Shown here one piece after another: positions 33,243-40,545 of a DNA stretch of 40,569 nucleotides (position 1 is its first letter; each line of letters opens with the position of its first letter). Where the stretch lies: positions 1 to 40,569 of the IMG/VR virus record IMGVR_UViG_3300045988_053499. One strand, written 5' to 3'. Below the pieces are notes generated by a model. That model was not told the DNA's origin, made no database searches, and saw only the letters and a list, made by a program, of their open reading frames with translations. Source of the DNA: a virus. The position numbers were made by a program, and so were the translations under genes.

Positions 33243-33444
33243 ACGTGATCTCCTCGGATTCCTCTTGCAGCATCTCCCGCACGTTGTCCATTTCTTCGGC
33301 GCACATCTCCCAGACGTTTGCCCGTGCGGAGTATCCAGCCCGGACAACAATGTCATCTGAGGCTTCGGCTTGTAACCTGCAATGTTCGGCAAGCCGCGTG
33401 TAGGACTTGACTTTGCCCTCAACGTACTCTTTGGCCGTCATCAT
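33235..33444 (-). CDS. Hypothetical acidic protein
   Basis: ATG at 33444 overlaps the upstream stop (ATGA). 69 aa. Confidence 0.5.
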   Translation of the reverse strand: MMTAKEYVEGKVKSYTRLAEHCRLQAEASDDIVVRAGYSARANVWEMCAEEMDNVREMLQEESEEITYA

Positions 33445-33725
33445 GCCCCACGCTCCTGATTCTCCGGGTACTCCGGGTTGCGGGCGTGGGTGCGGTTGAT
33501 CTTGCCGTACTTGCGCCGCTTTGCGGCTCTCTCCCTGTCCTCTGCGGCAAAGCCCAGACGAGCCAGCAGAACAGCGGCCAAAATCAGCACCAGCGACACC
33601 GAAAACAGCGTGCCGGAGATGTATCCGGTGGTCTGCGCGGTGCCCTCTGCGCCCATAGCTGTGCCTATTCCAACGCCGCCCAAAATGACAGCCAACCAGT
33701 AGTAAGTAGTGGATTTGATCTTCAT
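33441..33725 (-). CDS. Small membrane protein (two hydrophobic segments)
   Basis: 94-aa ORF with ATGA coupling. YYWLAVILGGVGIG and LFSVSLVLILAAVLL. Confidence 0.6.
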   Translation of the reverse strand: MKIKSTTYYWLAVILGGVGIGTAMGAEGTAQTTGYISGTLFSVSLVLILAAVLLARLGFAAEDRERAAKRRKYGKINRTHARNPEYPENQERGA

Positions 33726-33979
33726 GCGGATTCTCCTTTCTCAAGTGAGGGGAAAAAAAGTTCCCCGATCTCATCCTGTCGGATGTCCAGCAGTTCACAC
33801 ATTGCTGTGATCTCTGCGCTTGTCCACGGATTGTGCCCATGCATCCTGCCGCTCATGGTGTCCCGGCCAATGCCGATATACTTTGCGACTTCCTGATCAC
33901 GGTAGCCGCAGCTGTGGAACCGGCCCCGAAGTTTCCAGTACGGAATCTGCCGGAAGGTGCCCTGTATGACCTTCATCAT
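33722..33979 (-). CDS. Small HTH regulator (DUF739 / Cro-like)
   Basis: IPYWKLRGRF..GYRDQEVAKYIGIGRDTMSGRMHG..WTSAEITAMCELLDI matches small phage HTH proteins. AAGAGG RBS. Confidence 0.65.
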   Translation of the reverse strand: MMKVIQGTFRQIPYWKLRGRFHSCGYRDQEVAKYIGIGRDTMSGRMHGHNPWTSAEITAMCELLDIRQDEIGELFFPSLEKGESA

Positions 33980-34091
33980 GCTTCAACCTCTTTTCTTTGA
34001 TGTGTGCCAGCCGTGCAGGCTGGTTCTTGTCCCAGCGGGCTTCCCGCCAGTACTTATTGCACCCGTTCATCAGGAGATCCCCTTTTTTCAT
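33897..34091 (-). CDS. Doubtful small ORF
   Basis: Its ATG overlaps the KilAC stop (ATGA), but it also overlaps the next gene by 83 nt. Confidence 0.25.
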   Translation of the reverse strand: MKKGDLLMNGCNKYWREARWDKNQPARLAHIKEKRLKHDEGHTGHLPADSVLETSGPVPQLRLP

Positions 34092-34836
34092 GCGTCCAAC
34101 TGCTTGGCTTTGTCTTTCAGAAACAGGTTCACAAAGTAGATCTGACCCTTGCCGGTCACCTTGGGCGTCTTGTTGATGCTGGTGTGCCCATCGGAGTGCA
34201 CCACGGTTGTCTCCTTGATTTCAAACAGACCCTGCTCCACGGCGCGCTGCGTTGGCATATTGTAGTCGCTGCGCTTGGGGTCTCTGATGAGGTATCCGTG
34301 CTCCCGCATCCAGACAAACAGCCGGTTTTGCCCGATCTGCACGCTGTTCTGGCACAGCAGCTTTGCAAGTTCGCCCACAAGGATGCTCTTCTTGCTGGCG
34401 TTTACCGCGTCTGCAAAGATGCCCTTGGGCGTGAGTTCCGCGATCTGCCGGTCTTTGTGCTCCAGTTCATCGTGGGCGGCAATCAGTGCCTGTGCCATCA
34501 GTTCAGCCCGGGAAAGCTGCGGGCGCTGCGCCAGCTGCTTCTCCATCGCGTTAAACGCTGCAATGTACTTCAGCTTCCACTCATCGGCTTTCTTGCCGGA
34601 AAGCCCATCACGAGGAAAGAAAAACCATCCCGGTTCATTAAGTACATCGGGAGTTTTTTGTTCTGGCTGGTGGTGTACTCGGTCAGATGGAACATTTCGA
34701 GGAGAGCTGAATTTTCAGCTGTCTTATTTTCGATGGCCTGAAGTACATTTCTGTGGTCTTTTCCAAAGTTCTTGGCAATGTCCAGGCTGGATACCACCGG
34801 CTCGCCGTTCTGGGTGGATAAGATGATGTCTGTCAT
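34088..34836 (-). pseudogene. Rha-family / KilAC-domain antirepressor split by a 1-nt frameshift
   Basis: Frame 0 ends ..FLVMGFPARKPMSGS*. The -1 frame reads GKKADEWKLKYIAAFNAMEKQL.. and continues into the KilAC ORF. The break lies at the A3/T3 run 34600..34602. Confidence 0.75.
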
Positions 34837-34851
34837 ATTTTTTTGTCCTCC

Positions 34852-34879
34852 TTGTACTCTGCCCCTCCTGTGCTATACT
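34852..34879 (+). promoter_or_regulatory. Putative promoter of the antisense moron
   Basis: TTGTAC, 16-nt spacer, TGcTATACT (extended -10), about 20 nt upstream of the RBS. Confidence 0.4.
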
Positions 34880-34900
34880 TGAGCGGGAGGGGGTGAAAAA

Positions 34901-35212
34901 ATGAATCAGCGGGGATCCATGAACCAGCGTACAGATGAATTAGAGCGCATTCTGAACGCCAGCAAAGTGAATTATTCCAGTCCGCAAGTCTCGCAGCAGC
35001 CTACACTGTATGAGGTGCAGCGTGGGTATGCGGAAGATTTGAAGCAGCTGCGCCAGCAGTTTGAAGAAAGCCAGCAAAAACAGGAAATCAAAGACCGCGA
35101 ACAAGCAAAAGAAAACAAGAAAGATCAATTTTATTCTGCATCGGCTCTTGTTGTTGGAATTCTCACCTTAGCAGCCACCATAATATTTGGAATACTACAA
35201 GTGACACATTGA
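34901..35212 (+). CDS. Tail-anchored coiled-coil membrane protein (moron, opposite strand to the early operon)
   Basis: 103-aa ORF with GGGAGGGGGTG RBS. C-terminal TM segment ALVVGILTLAATIIFGIL. Has its own terminator. Confidence 0.7.
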   Translation: MNQRGSMNQRTDELERILNASKVNYSSPQVSQQPTLYEVQRGYAEDLKQLRQQFEESQQKQEIKDREQAKENKKDQFYSASALVVGILTLAATIIFGILQVTH

Positions 35213-35254
35213 TTGCAGTCACAATTACAGCCGCAACCATGATATCCGTAGGTG

Positions 35255-35291
35255 CCCAGTTGGAAAGCCGTTCTTTCCAACTGGGCTTTTT
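35255..35291 (+). terminator. Intrinsic terminator of the moron
   Basis: 13-bp perfect stem CCCAGTTGGAAAG/CTTTCCAACTGGG with loop CCGTT, then CTTTTT. Confidence 0.8.
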
Positions 35292-35318
35292 GTCGTTGTT
35301 CATACCGTTTTGCCCTCC

Positions 35319-35591
35319 TTACGCCACCCCGTCATGGTTGTTCTGGCTGTCGTTCTTGCGTACCGCTGCCATGCCCATACCCATCCAGAGCAGGGACAGC
35401 TTGTCCTGCGGCTCTAAGTCGTCGAACAGCACGTTGATGAGCGTATCCGCTGCGTGTGCTCCATCTGCCGGGATGCTGTACCGTTCTGCTGCCAGATCGG
35501 TGCGGTTCTTCTTCGTCTTTGCCAAAATTATCATCTCCTTCTGCGGTTGGCTCCCGCGACGCTCCGGGTGGAGCGTTTCGGCTGCTGCCAT
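35319..35591 (-). CDS. Hypothetical protein (start uncertain)
   Basis: C-terminal part of the 132-aa ORF. The ATG at 35591 lies 10 nt after the upstream stop. No clear SD. Confidence 0.4.
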   Translation of the reverse strand: MAAAETLHPERRGSQPQKEMIILAKTKKNRTDLAAERYSIPADGAHAADTLINVLFDDLEPQDKLSLLWMGMGMAAVRKNDSQNNHDGVA

Positions 35592-35601
35592 GCAGCCATC
35601 A

Positions 35602-35766
35602 TCAGGCGGGTTGCGTCCAGAAATCAAAATCGGCCAGAACATACTCCTGATTCTCCGGCGTGTCCGGAAGGGTATAACCGGAGCGATCGTTCTCGCAGAA
35701 CACTTCACCAAAGTCATTCACCCCGCACGAAACGCCTGTGCGTGCATCCTGTTTGAAAATTTTCAT
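35602..35766 (-). CDS. Hypothetical small protein, 54 aa
   Basis: ATG lies 8 nt after GGAGG. Below the ORF-track cutoff. Found by manual translation. Confidence 0.5.
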   Translation of the reverse strand: MKIFKQDARTGVSCGVNDFGEVFCENDRSGYTLPDTPENQEYVLADFDFWTQPA

Positions 35767-35786
35767 CGTTCAGACCTCCAATTTGA

Positions 35787-36188
35787 TTAAACGTCAAAGC
35801 TGACCGAATGATATGCGAACCAGTGCCCGCAGCGGCGGTGCAGCTTGTACCAGTTTGTGAAGTGCTGCCCGGAGCAGTCATAGGCCGTCGGGTAAGACTC
35901 GCAGTAGCGGTTTTCCCGGAACCACTCTGCTGCATCGGCCTTGCTGGCCTTGTCCAGCTCGTTCGGGAGCTGCACCAGCTCAATGTAGCCGTCAATGCCG
36001 CGCTCCTCGACAATGCGGCTGTCAGGTGCCGGGCGGTTGTTGTAGGCCCGGATCTCCTTCTTGATGCTGACCATAAATGCGGCCATGCCGGACTTCTGCT
36101 CGGCGGTGGTTGTGGGAACGTCGTCCCGGATGAATGCCAGCAGGGTGTAAGCGTCTCTCAGCTTCTCGGCGTCGGTGATCTTAAACAT
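35787..36188 (-). CDS. Hypothetical protein
   Basis: ATG at 36188 lies after AAGGGAGGA. 133 aa. Confidence 0.65.
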   Translation of the reverse strand: MFKITDAEKLRDAYTLLAFIRDDVPTTTAEQKSGMAAFMVSIKKEIRAYNNRPAPDSRIVEERGIDGYIELVQLPNELDKASKADAAEWFRENRYCESYPTAYDCSGQHFTNWYKLHRRCGHWFAYHSVSFDV

Positions 36189-36202
36189 CGTCTTGTCCTC
36201 CC

Positions 36203-36382
36203 TTACTCTTTGACTTCGCACACGTCGGTCGCTTCGTAGACATCCAGACCGTGCCCGGTCTCGTCGATCAACCGCTGCACGGCTACGTTCCGGGCGTCCA
36301 CCGGGTCATTGGCAAGGACTTCGTAGCAGTCCCAGAACTTATCAACCGTGTTGTAAACGTACACCTTATAGCGTTTCGTGAT
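36203..36382 (-). CDS. First early ORF, 59 aa if started at ATC 36382 (53 aa from GTG 36364)
   Basis: AGGAGG lies 5 nt upstream of an in-frame ATC that directly follows a TGA. No SD near the GTG. Confidence 0.4.
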   Translation of the reverse strand: MTKRYKVYVYNTVDKFWDCYEVLANDPVDARNVAVQRLIDETGHGLDVYEATDVCEVKE

Positions 36383-36424
36383 TCAGACCTCCTGTTTGCA
36401 TGCGTTTGCTAACCTTGTGAGATT

Positions 36425-36513
36425 AGTATAGCACACATAGTTAGATTTTGCAAGCATCTTTTTTGAGATTTTTTCAAAAATAAGTTGACATAGTTAGATT
36501 TTTGCACTATAAT
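36425..36513. promoter_or_regulatory. Lysis/lysogeny switch: divergent promoters, each overlapped by an 18/19-bp operator repeat
   Basis: + strand: TTGACA (36485), 17-nt spacer, TATAAT (36508). - strand: TTGCAA (36453..36448), 17-nt spacer, TATACT (36430..36425). ACATAGTTAGATTTT(T)GCA at 36435..36452 and 36488..36506. Confidence 0.7.
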
Positions 36514-36537
36514 ATGAAGCGTAAGGAGGGCAAGTAA

Positions 36538-36912
36538 ATGAACGAACGAATCGCGCTTGTCCGCAAGAGCTTAGGCCTTACGCAAGAGAAGTTTGCAGAG
36601 CAAGTAGGTCTGTCCCGTAACTTTATGTGGATGATCGAAAGCGGAACGCGAGTCCCCAGTGACAGAACGATCTCCGATATCTGCCGCGAGTTTAACGTCA
36701 ACGAGACGTGGCTGCGGACAGGGGAAGGGGGGATGTTCAACCAGATCACCAGATCGGAGAAGATCACCAGCTTCCTTACCGAGATCACGGAGGACGAGGG
36801 TGACGACTTCAAACGCCGGTTTGTTGAGATGCTGGCCGAACTGGAGCCGGAGGACTGGAAGCTTTTGGAGCGGATGGCTGAAAAGCTGCAAAAAAAAGAG
36901 GGAAACCCGTAA
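36538..36912 (+). CDS. XRE-family (cI-like) prophage repressor
   Basis: LGLTQEKFAEQVGLSRNFMWMIESG HTH motif. Divergent from the early operon. AAGGAGG RBS. Confidence 0.85.
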   Translation: MNERIALVRKSLGLTQEKFAEQVGLSRNFMWMIESGTRVPSDRTISDICREFNVNETWLRTGEGGMFNQITRSEKITSFLTEITEDEGDDFKRRFVEMLAELEPEDWKLLERMAEKLQKKEGNP

Positions 36913-36921
36913 GGGATTCCC
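36900..36921. terminator. Bidirectional terminator
   Basis: GGGAAACCC-GTAA-GGGATTCCC hairpin, flanked by an A-run and TTCTTTT. The repressor stop codon lies in the loop. Confidence 0.6.
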
Positions 36922-36940
36922 TTCTTTTGCTACCTTGATT

Positions 36941-37054
36941 CTATTTTACAAAACCTTTTGCGTGGATCCAGATCAGGCGCAGCGCCCGCAGGTCTGCACG
37001 TTCCAGAAGCTTGATAATAGCGTCGATGTAGCCTTGCCGGTCTGTTTCGTTCAT
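36941..37054 (-). CDS. Hypothetical 37-aa protein
   Basis: ATG lies 4 nt after TAGGAGGA. Found by manual translation: MNETDRQGYIDAIIKLLERADLRALRLIWIHAKGFVK. Confidence 0.45.
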   Translation of the reverse strand: MNETDRQGYIDAIIKLLERADLRALRLIWIHAKGFVK

Positions 37055-37102
37055 TGTGTCCTCCTATCTGATGCAGTATTTAATATGTGTGAGGTGGTTA
37101 TC

Positions 37103-37819
37103 ATGGCAAGTATCTGTCCCGTCTGCGGTGGCAAGTTGGGGCTGCTGAACCGCGAGAAGAGCGCGGACGGTCTAATCTGCGCCGGATGTAGCAGTTTCTT
37201 CTTTTCAAAACTGGGATTTCGGGCTGCAAAGCAACCGACAGCTGCACTTGCGGAATACTGGGCTACACTGGAAATCCGCCGCAGAACATTTAAAGAGACC
37301 GATTCCATCTTTGACCGCGATGCACTCTTTGTCTCTATCGATAAGGTCAACCGGCTGTTTTGCTTTGGGCACCGCGGTGGTGATAAAGGCCCACGCATGA
37401 TTTACAGTTTTGATGAAGTCGCAGGGTACGAATCGGATGCGCCTGACGATCTGACGGTGACCGAAACCAAGGGCGGCATTGGCAGGGCCGTGATAGGCGC
37501 TGCCGTTGCTGGGACTGTGGGTGCGATCGTGGGCGCTGCCACCGCCAAAACAGAGACCCGCAAGGGTCGCAGTAAAGAGAGCGTGTCTATCCACTTTGCG
37601 CTTCCACTGGGTGAAAGCTGCTTGCCGACAACGGTTTATCCCGGCGGAATGACTGCGTTTCTCAAGAGCTGCAAAGTCAGCCATGAGAAGCCGCAGGCTG
37701 CCTCTCCGGTTGCCCCCAGCGCCGCTGACGAGCTTTTGAAGTTTAAACAGCTACTGGATATGGGGGCCATCACGGAAGCGGAGTACAACGCAAAGAAATC
37801 TCAGTTGCTTGACCTGTAA
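37103..37819 (+). CDS. Zinc-ribbon / Gly-zipper / SHOCT-domain protein
   Basis: ATG lies 5 nt after GAGGTGG. CPVCG..CAGC. GAAVAGTVGAIVGAA. C-terminal LLKFKQLLDMGAITEAEYNAKKSQLL is the SHOCT pattern. Confidence 0.7.
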   Translation: MASICPVCGGKLGLLNREKSADGLICAGCSSFFFSKLGFRAAKQPTAALAEYWATLEIRRRTFKETDSIFDRDALFVSIDKVNRLFCFGHRGGDKGPRMIYSFDEVAGYESDAPDDLTVTETKGGIGRAVIGAAVAGTVGAIVGAATAKTETRKGRSKESVSIHFALPLGESCLPTTVYPGGMTAFLKSCKVSHEKPQAASPVAPSAADELLKFKQLLDMGAITEAEYNAKKSQLLDL

Positions 37820-37915
37820 ACTTGCTTACAACTGCATTTTACAACTGTTTGGCGTAATCGTCAATCAATTTTAATAGCGAAAAAAATCGCCAAAAATTTG
37901 AGATTTGCGCTGAAT

Positions 37916-37979
37916 CGCGCGATTTACGCGCACTTTTAAGCAAAAAACGCGCGATTTACGCGCACTTTTAAGCAAAAAA
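37916..37979. repeat. Two perfect 32-bp tandem repeats (plus a degenerate third copy to about 38010)
   Basis: CGCGCGATTTACGCGCACTTTTAAGCAAAAAA x2. Each copy holds a GCGCG-ATTTA-CGCGC hairpin. Confidence 0.85.
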
Positions 37980-38019
37980 CGCGCGGTTTACGCTGACTTC
38001 GCGCAAAATATGCGCGTTG

Positions 38020-38238
38020 TTACTGGTCGCCGGTGTCCAGCTGCTGCATTTTTTGCAACAACTGGGCGGCGCACTCCCCGCCGGGGCTTACCGCTGCGGC
38101 GCGCAGGGTGTGCAGGCCGGTGATCTTGCGGTTGGCGTACATGGTGGCAAGGGCTTGCTGCTCCGGGGTCATATCAACGTAACAGGCAAGCGCGGCGCGG
38201 ATGTGGTTGCAGAAACAGGCGGTCTTGTTGTTGGTCAT
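38020..38238 (-). CDS. Hypothetical protein, 72 aa
   Basis: ATG lies 7 nt after GGGAGGA. Second gene of a 2-gene micro-operon. Confidence 0.55.
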   Translation of the reverse strand: MTNNKTACFCNHIRAALACYVDMTPEQQALATMYANRKITGLHTLRAAAVSPGGECAAQLLQKMQQLDTGDQ

Positions 38239-38241
38239 GGC

Positions 38242-38352
38242 TCAATCCTCCCAAGGCTGCGGGGTTTTGGCTGTGCCGGTAAGCACGCTGGCGGGCATTC
38301 CGTCAATGATGGTCATTTCCGGGTCTTTGTTGCTTGTTTGACCGTTTTTCAT
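38242..38352 (-). CDS. Hypothetical 36-aa protein
   Basis: ATG follows GGAGGAAAACAAA. Its stop lies 3 nt before the next ATG. Found by manual translation. Confidence 0.45.
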   Translation of the reverse strand: MKNGQTSNKDPEMTIIDGMPASVLTGTAKTPQPWED

Positions 38353-38446
38353 TTTGTTTTCCTCCTGATTTTTGGTAATTGTGTCAACTTATGTACCAAA
38401 TTCTACCATGCGCCAGTGGAAAATGAAATCAGAGAAAATTTTGTCG

Positions 38447-38487
38447 AATGGCGCAGATTTTTTCTGCGCCATTTTTTGTTTTTTTCA
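38447..38487 (+). terminator. Strong hairpin plus T-run immediately upstream of the second XRE gene
   Basis: Perfect 11-bp stem AATGGCGCAGA/TCTGCGCCATT, then TTTTGTTTTTTT. Confidence 0.6.
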
Positions 38488-38516
38488 CGCATTATATTTG
38501 AGGGGGAAGGGTGCGT

Positions 38517-39104
38517 ATGAGTTATTTTACGGCTGCAAAAATTGGTGCTGCTCTGGCAAAGGCGCGTGTTTCGGCTGGGTTGAGCCAGCGCGAAATTGCA
38601 ATTTTGATAGAGAAGAACGAGCGCACCGTGCAGAACTGGGAGAAAGGGCAGTCCAGCCCGGACAGTGACGAGATCATGGATTGGTGTACAGCCTGCGGGG
38701 TGTCGCCCATTGCGGTCTTTATGGAGGTGTTGCACCCGGACTTGTATGCGGTGCCGGATCAGCAAAAACAGGACGACGAGATAGATAGGGAGCTGTGCGC
38801 TATTGTGCAGGCGCTTCCGCCTCTAACGAAACGGCTGCTCCTCTTTGTGCTGAAGGGGCAGCATGGCAGCAGCGCCCCGGCGGTCATTTCCGAGATAGCC
38901 GCAAATCTGCATTGCCCTCTCAACAATCGCGTCAGCGTTTGCGGAACCATCATCGACCAGTACACATTTGCCCAGATCAGAGGGCTTGACCCATGCCCGG
39001 ACGACCCTCAACCGCCCATTGACGATCTGAAGATCCATTACAAAGCCGGGCGCGCTGCCGCTGAAAACGGCGCTCTTGGCTATATAGGGCGACGAAAGGA
39101 GTAA
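38517..39104 (+). CDS. Second XRE-family HTH regulator with a C-domain of about 130 aa of unknown function
   Basis: GLSQREIAILIEKNERTVQNWEKG HTH motif. ATG lies 6 nt after GGGGGAAGG. Confidence 0.75.
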   Translation: MSYFTAAKIGAALAKARVSAGLSQREIAILIEKNERTVQNWEKGQSSPDSDEIMDWCTACGVSPIAVFMEVLHPDLYAVPDQQKQDDEIDRELCAIVQALPPLTKRLLLFVLKGQHGSSAPAVISEIAANLHCPLNNRVSVCGTIIDQYTFAQIRGLDPCPDDPQPPIDDLKIHYKAGRAAAENGALGYIGRRKE

Positions 39105-39108
39105 GGTT

Positions 39109-39273
39109 ATGCAGTGCATCAGATGCAAACGAGAGATACCGGAAGATGCTGCATTCTGCCCATGGTGCGGCAAGCGCCAGCCGGATACCGCACCGCCCGC
39201 GCAAAGAAAAAAGCGCCGCCGTCCCAAGGGCAGCGGCACAGTGTACTCTTGTGTATGGAGGTGGATTTTATGA
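39109..39273 (+). CDS. Zinc-ribbon small protein, 54 aa, coupled to the integrase
   Basis: MQCIRCKREIPEDAAFCPWCGKRQ, then RKKRRRPKGSGTVY. Its TGA overlaps the integrase ATG (ATGA). Confidence 0.5.
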   Translation: MQCIRCKREIPEDAAFCPWCGKRQPDTAPPAQRKKRRRPKGSGTVYSCVWRWIL

Positions 39274-40406
39274 AAAAACGGGTCAACACGGCATTTTGGG
39301 TGGAAAAGGAAAAGCGCTGGTGCATCGCGGTTCAGAAGAACGGCACCCGCAAGCGGTTTTACAGCAGTACGCCGGGCCGAACAGGACAACGGGAAGCAAA
39401 CGCAAAAGCGGATGCATGGCTTGATGATAGCATCAGAGACGGAAAAAAGAAAGTCAGCGTCCTTTATTCGGAGTGGGTGGAAGAACTGAAGCTGACTTGC
39501 GGGACGTCCTATGTGACACAATGCCAGCGTTATGGGGACTGCTATATCCTGCCGACCTGTGGGAATATCCGCATTGACGAGCTGACCGAGGGCGATCTTC
39601 AAAAGGCCATTGACGTTTCGTTCCGGAAGCGCTCACAGAAAAAGAACCAGCGCAAGCCCATCTCAAACCAGCCGTTGAGCCGAAAGACGCTTATGACGAT
39701 CCGGGCTGCGGAAACCGCCTTTGTCAAGTGGTGCAGGAAAAACCGGTATACAACGCTCCACCCCGACCTGTCTATCCCGAAGAATGCCAGGATGGGTAAA
39801 CGTACGATCTTGCAGCCCACCGCCCTAAAGGTTCTGTTTAGCGTAGACACCCGCACCTACTATGGGAAGCCGGTATTTGATGAATATATCTACGCCTACC
39901 GCTTTGCAGTTGCGACCGGCCTGCGCCCCGGGGAGCTGATTGGTCTCTGGTATGGTGACATCAAGGGGAACACGGTCAACCTTCGGCGCAGCATCAATGT
40001 GCACCGGGAGCAGACCACCGGAAAGAATGAAAACGCCATCCGCTCTTTTGACATGGGCAAGGAAGCACGGGATGCCTATGAGGCGCAGGTACAGCTCCTA
40101 AAGTCTCAAGGCATACTGCTAAACTACAATACGCCGCTATTTCAAATTCCGTCAGAGCATACGCTCTATCGCCGCTGGGAATCGTATCAGGAAGCAAACG
40201 GGCTTGAGCCGAAAGTCTCACTTTACGAGCTTCGGCACACCTTTGTCAGCGTTGAATCAAGCGTCCTGACTGACAGCCAGCTAAAAATGCTGGTTGGTCA
40301 CAGCAAGAACATGGACACTTCCGGCGTGTACCATCATGAATTGCAGGGCCAGCGAGAAGATTTGGCAGCTGCAACGACCGCTGCATTTAGGAAGGCTCAA
40401 GGGTGA
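39270..40406 (+). CDS. int: Tyrosine recombinase / phage integrase
   Basis: ATG lies 5 nt after GGAGGTGG. Arm-binding-like N-terminus. C-terminal LRHTF..GHS...T..Y catalytic pattern. Adjacent to the att repeat. Confidence 0.9.
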   Translation: MKKRVNTAFWVEKEKRWCIAVQKNGTRKRFYSSTPGRTGQREANAKADAWLDDSIRDGKKKVSVLYSEWVEELKLTCGTSYVTQCQRYGDCYILPTCGNIRIDELTEGDLQKAIDVSFRKRSQKKNQRKPISNQPLSRKTLMTIRAAETAFVKWCRKNRYTTLHPDLSIPKNARMGKRTILQPTALKVLFSVDTRTYYGKPVFDEYIYAYRFAVATGLRPGELIGLWYGDIKGNTVNLRRSINVHREQTTGKNENAIRSFDMGKEARDAYEAQVQLLKSQGILLNYNTPLFQIPSEHTLYRRWESYQEANGLEPKVSLYELRHTFVSVESSVLTDSQLKMLVGHSKNMDTSGVYHHELQGQREDLAAATTAAFRKAQG

Positions 40407-40409
40407 TTC

Positions 40410-40430
40410 TGGTAACACATTTGGTAACAC
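40410..40430 (+). promoter_or_regulatory. Two direct TGGTAACAC repeats, candidate integrase arm-type sites
   Basis: Copies at 40410..40418 and 40422..40430. Same motif and spacing as 74..94. Confidence 0.45.
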
Positions 40431-40545
40431 TCTTTTTTCTAAATGTAAAAAAACGAATCGGGCATAACCCAACAAATCCGTATTATTCCTTCGTCCTTTC
40501 GTGCATCCCAGATGAATTTTTGACGACAATCCATCATTTTTAATT

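Noticed and set aside
33235-33840. 201-aa ORF spanning several small early genes.
   Set aside because: Its N-terminal 130 aa overlap two better-supported genes in other frames (33441..33725 and 33722..33979). Only the C-terminal 69 aa, from the ATGA-coupled ATG at 33444, were kept.
36659-37102. N-terminal extension of the SHOCT gene (386-aa ORF starting at 36659).
   Set aside because: The extension overlaps the repressor gene and a terminator and is Arg/Ser/Pro-rich shadow sequence. An SD-preceded ATG at 37103 begins the zinc-ribbon domain.
39114-39269. GTG start at 39114 for the integrase (430 aa).
   Set aside because: The extension has no SD and a junk-like sequence. GGAGGTGG lies 5 nt before the ATG at 39270, and the region is better explained by the zinc-ribbon ORF in another frame.
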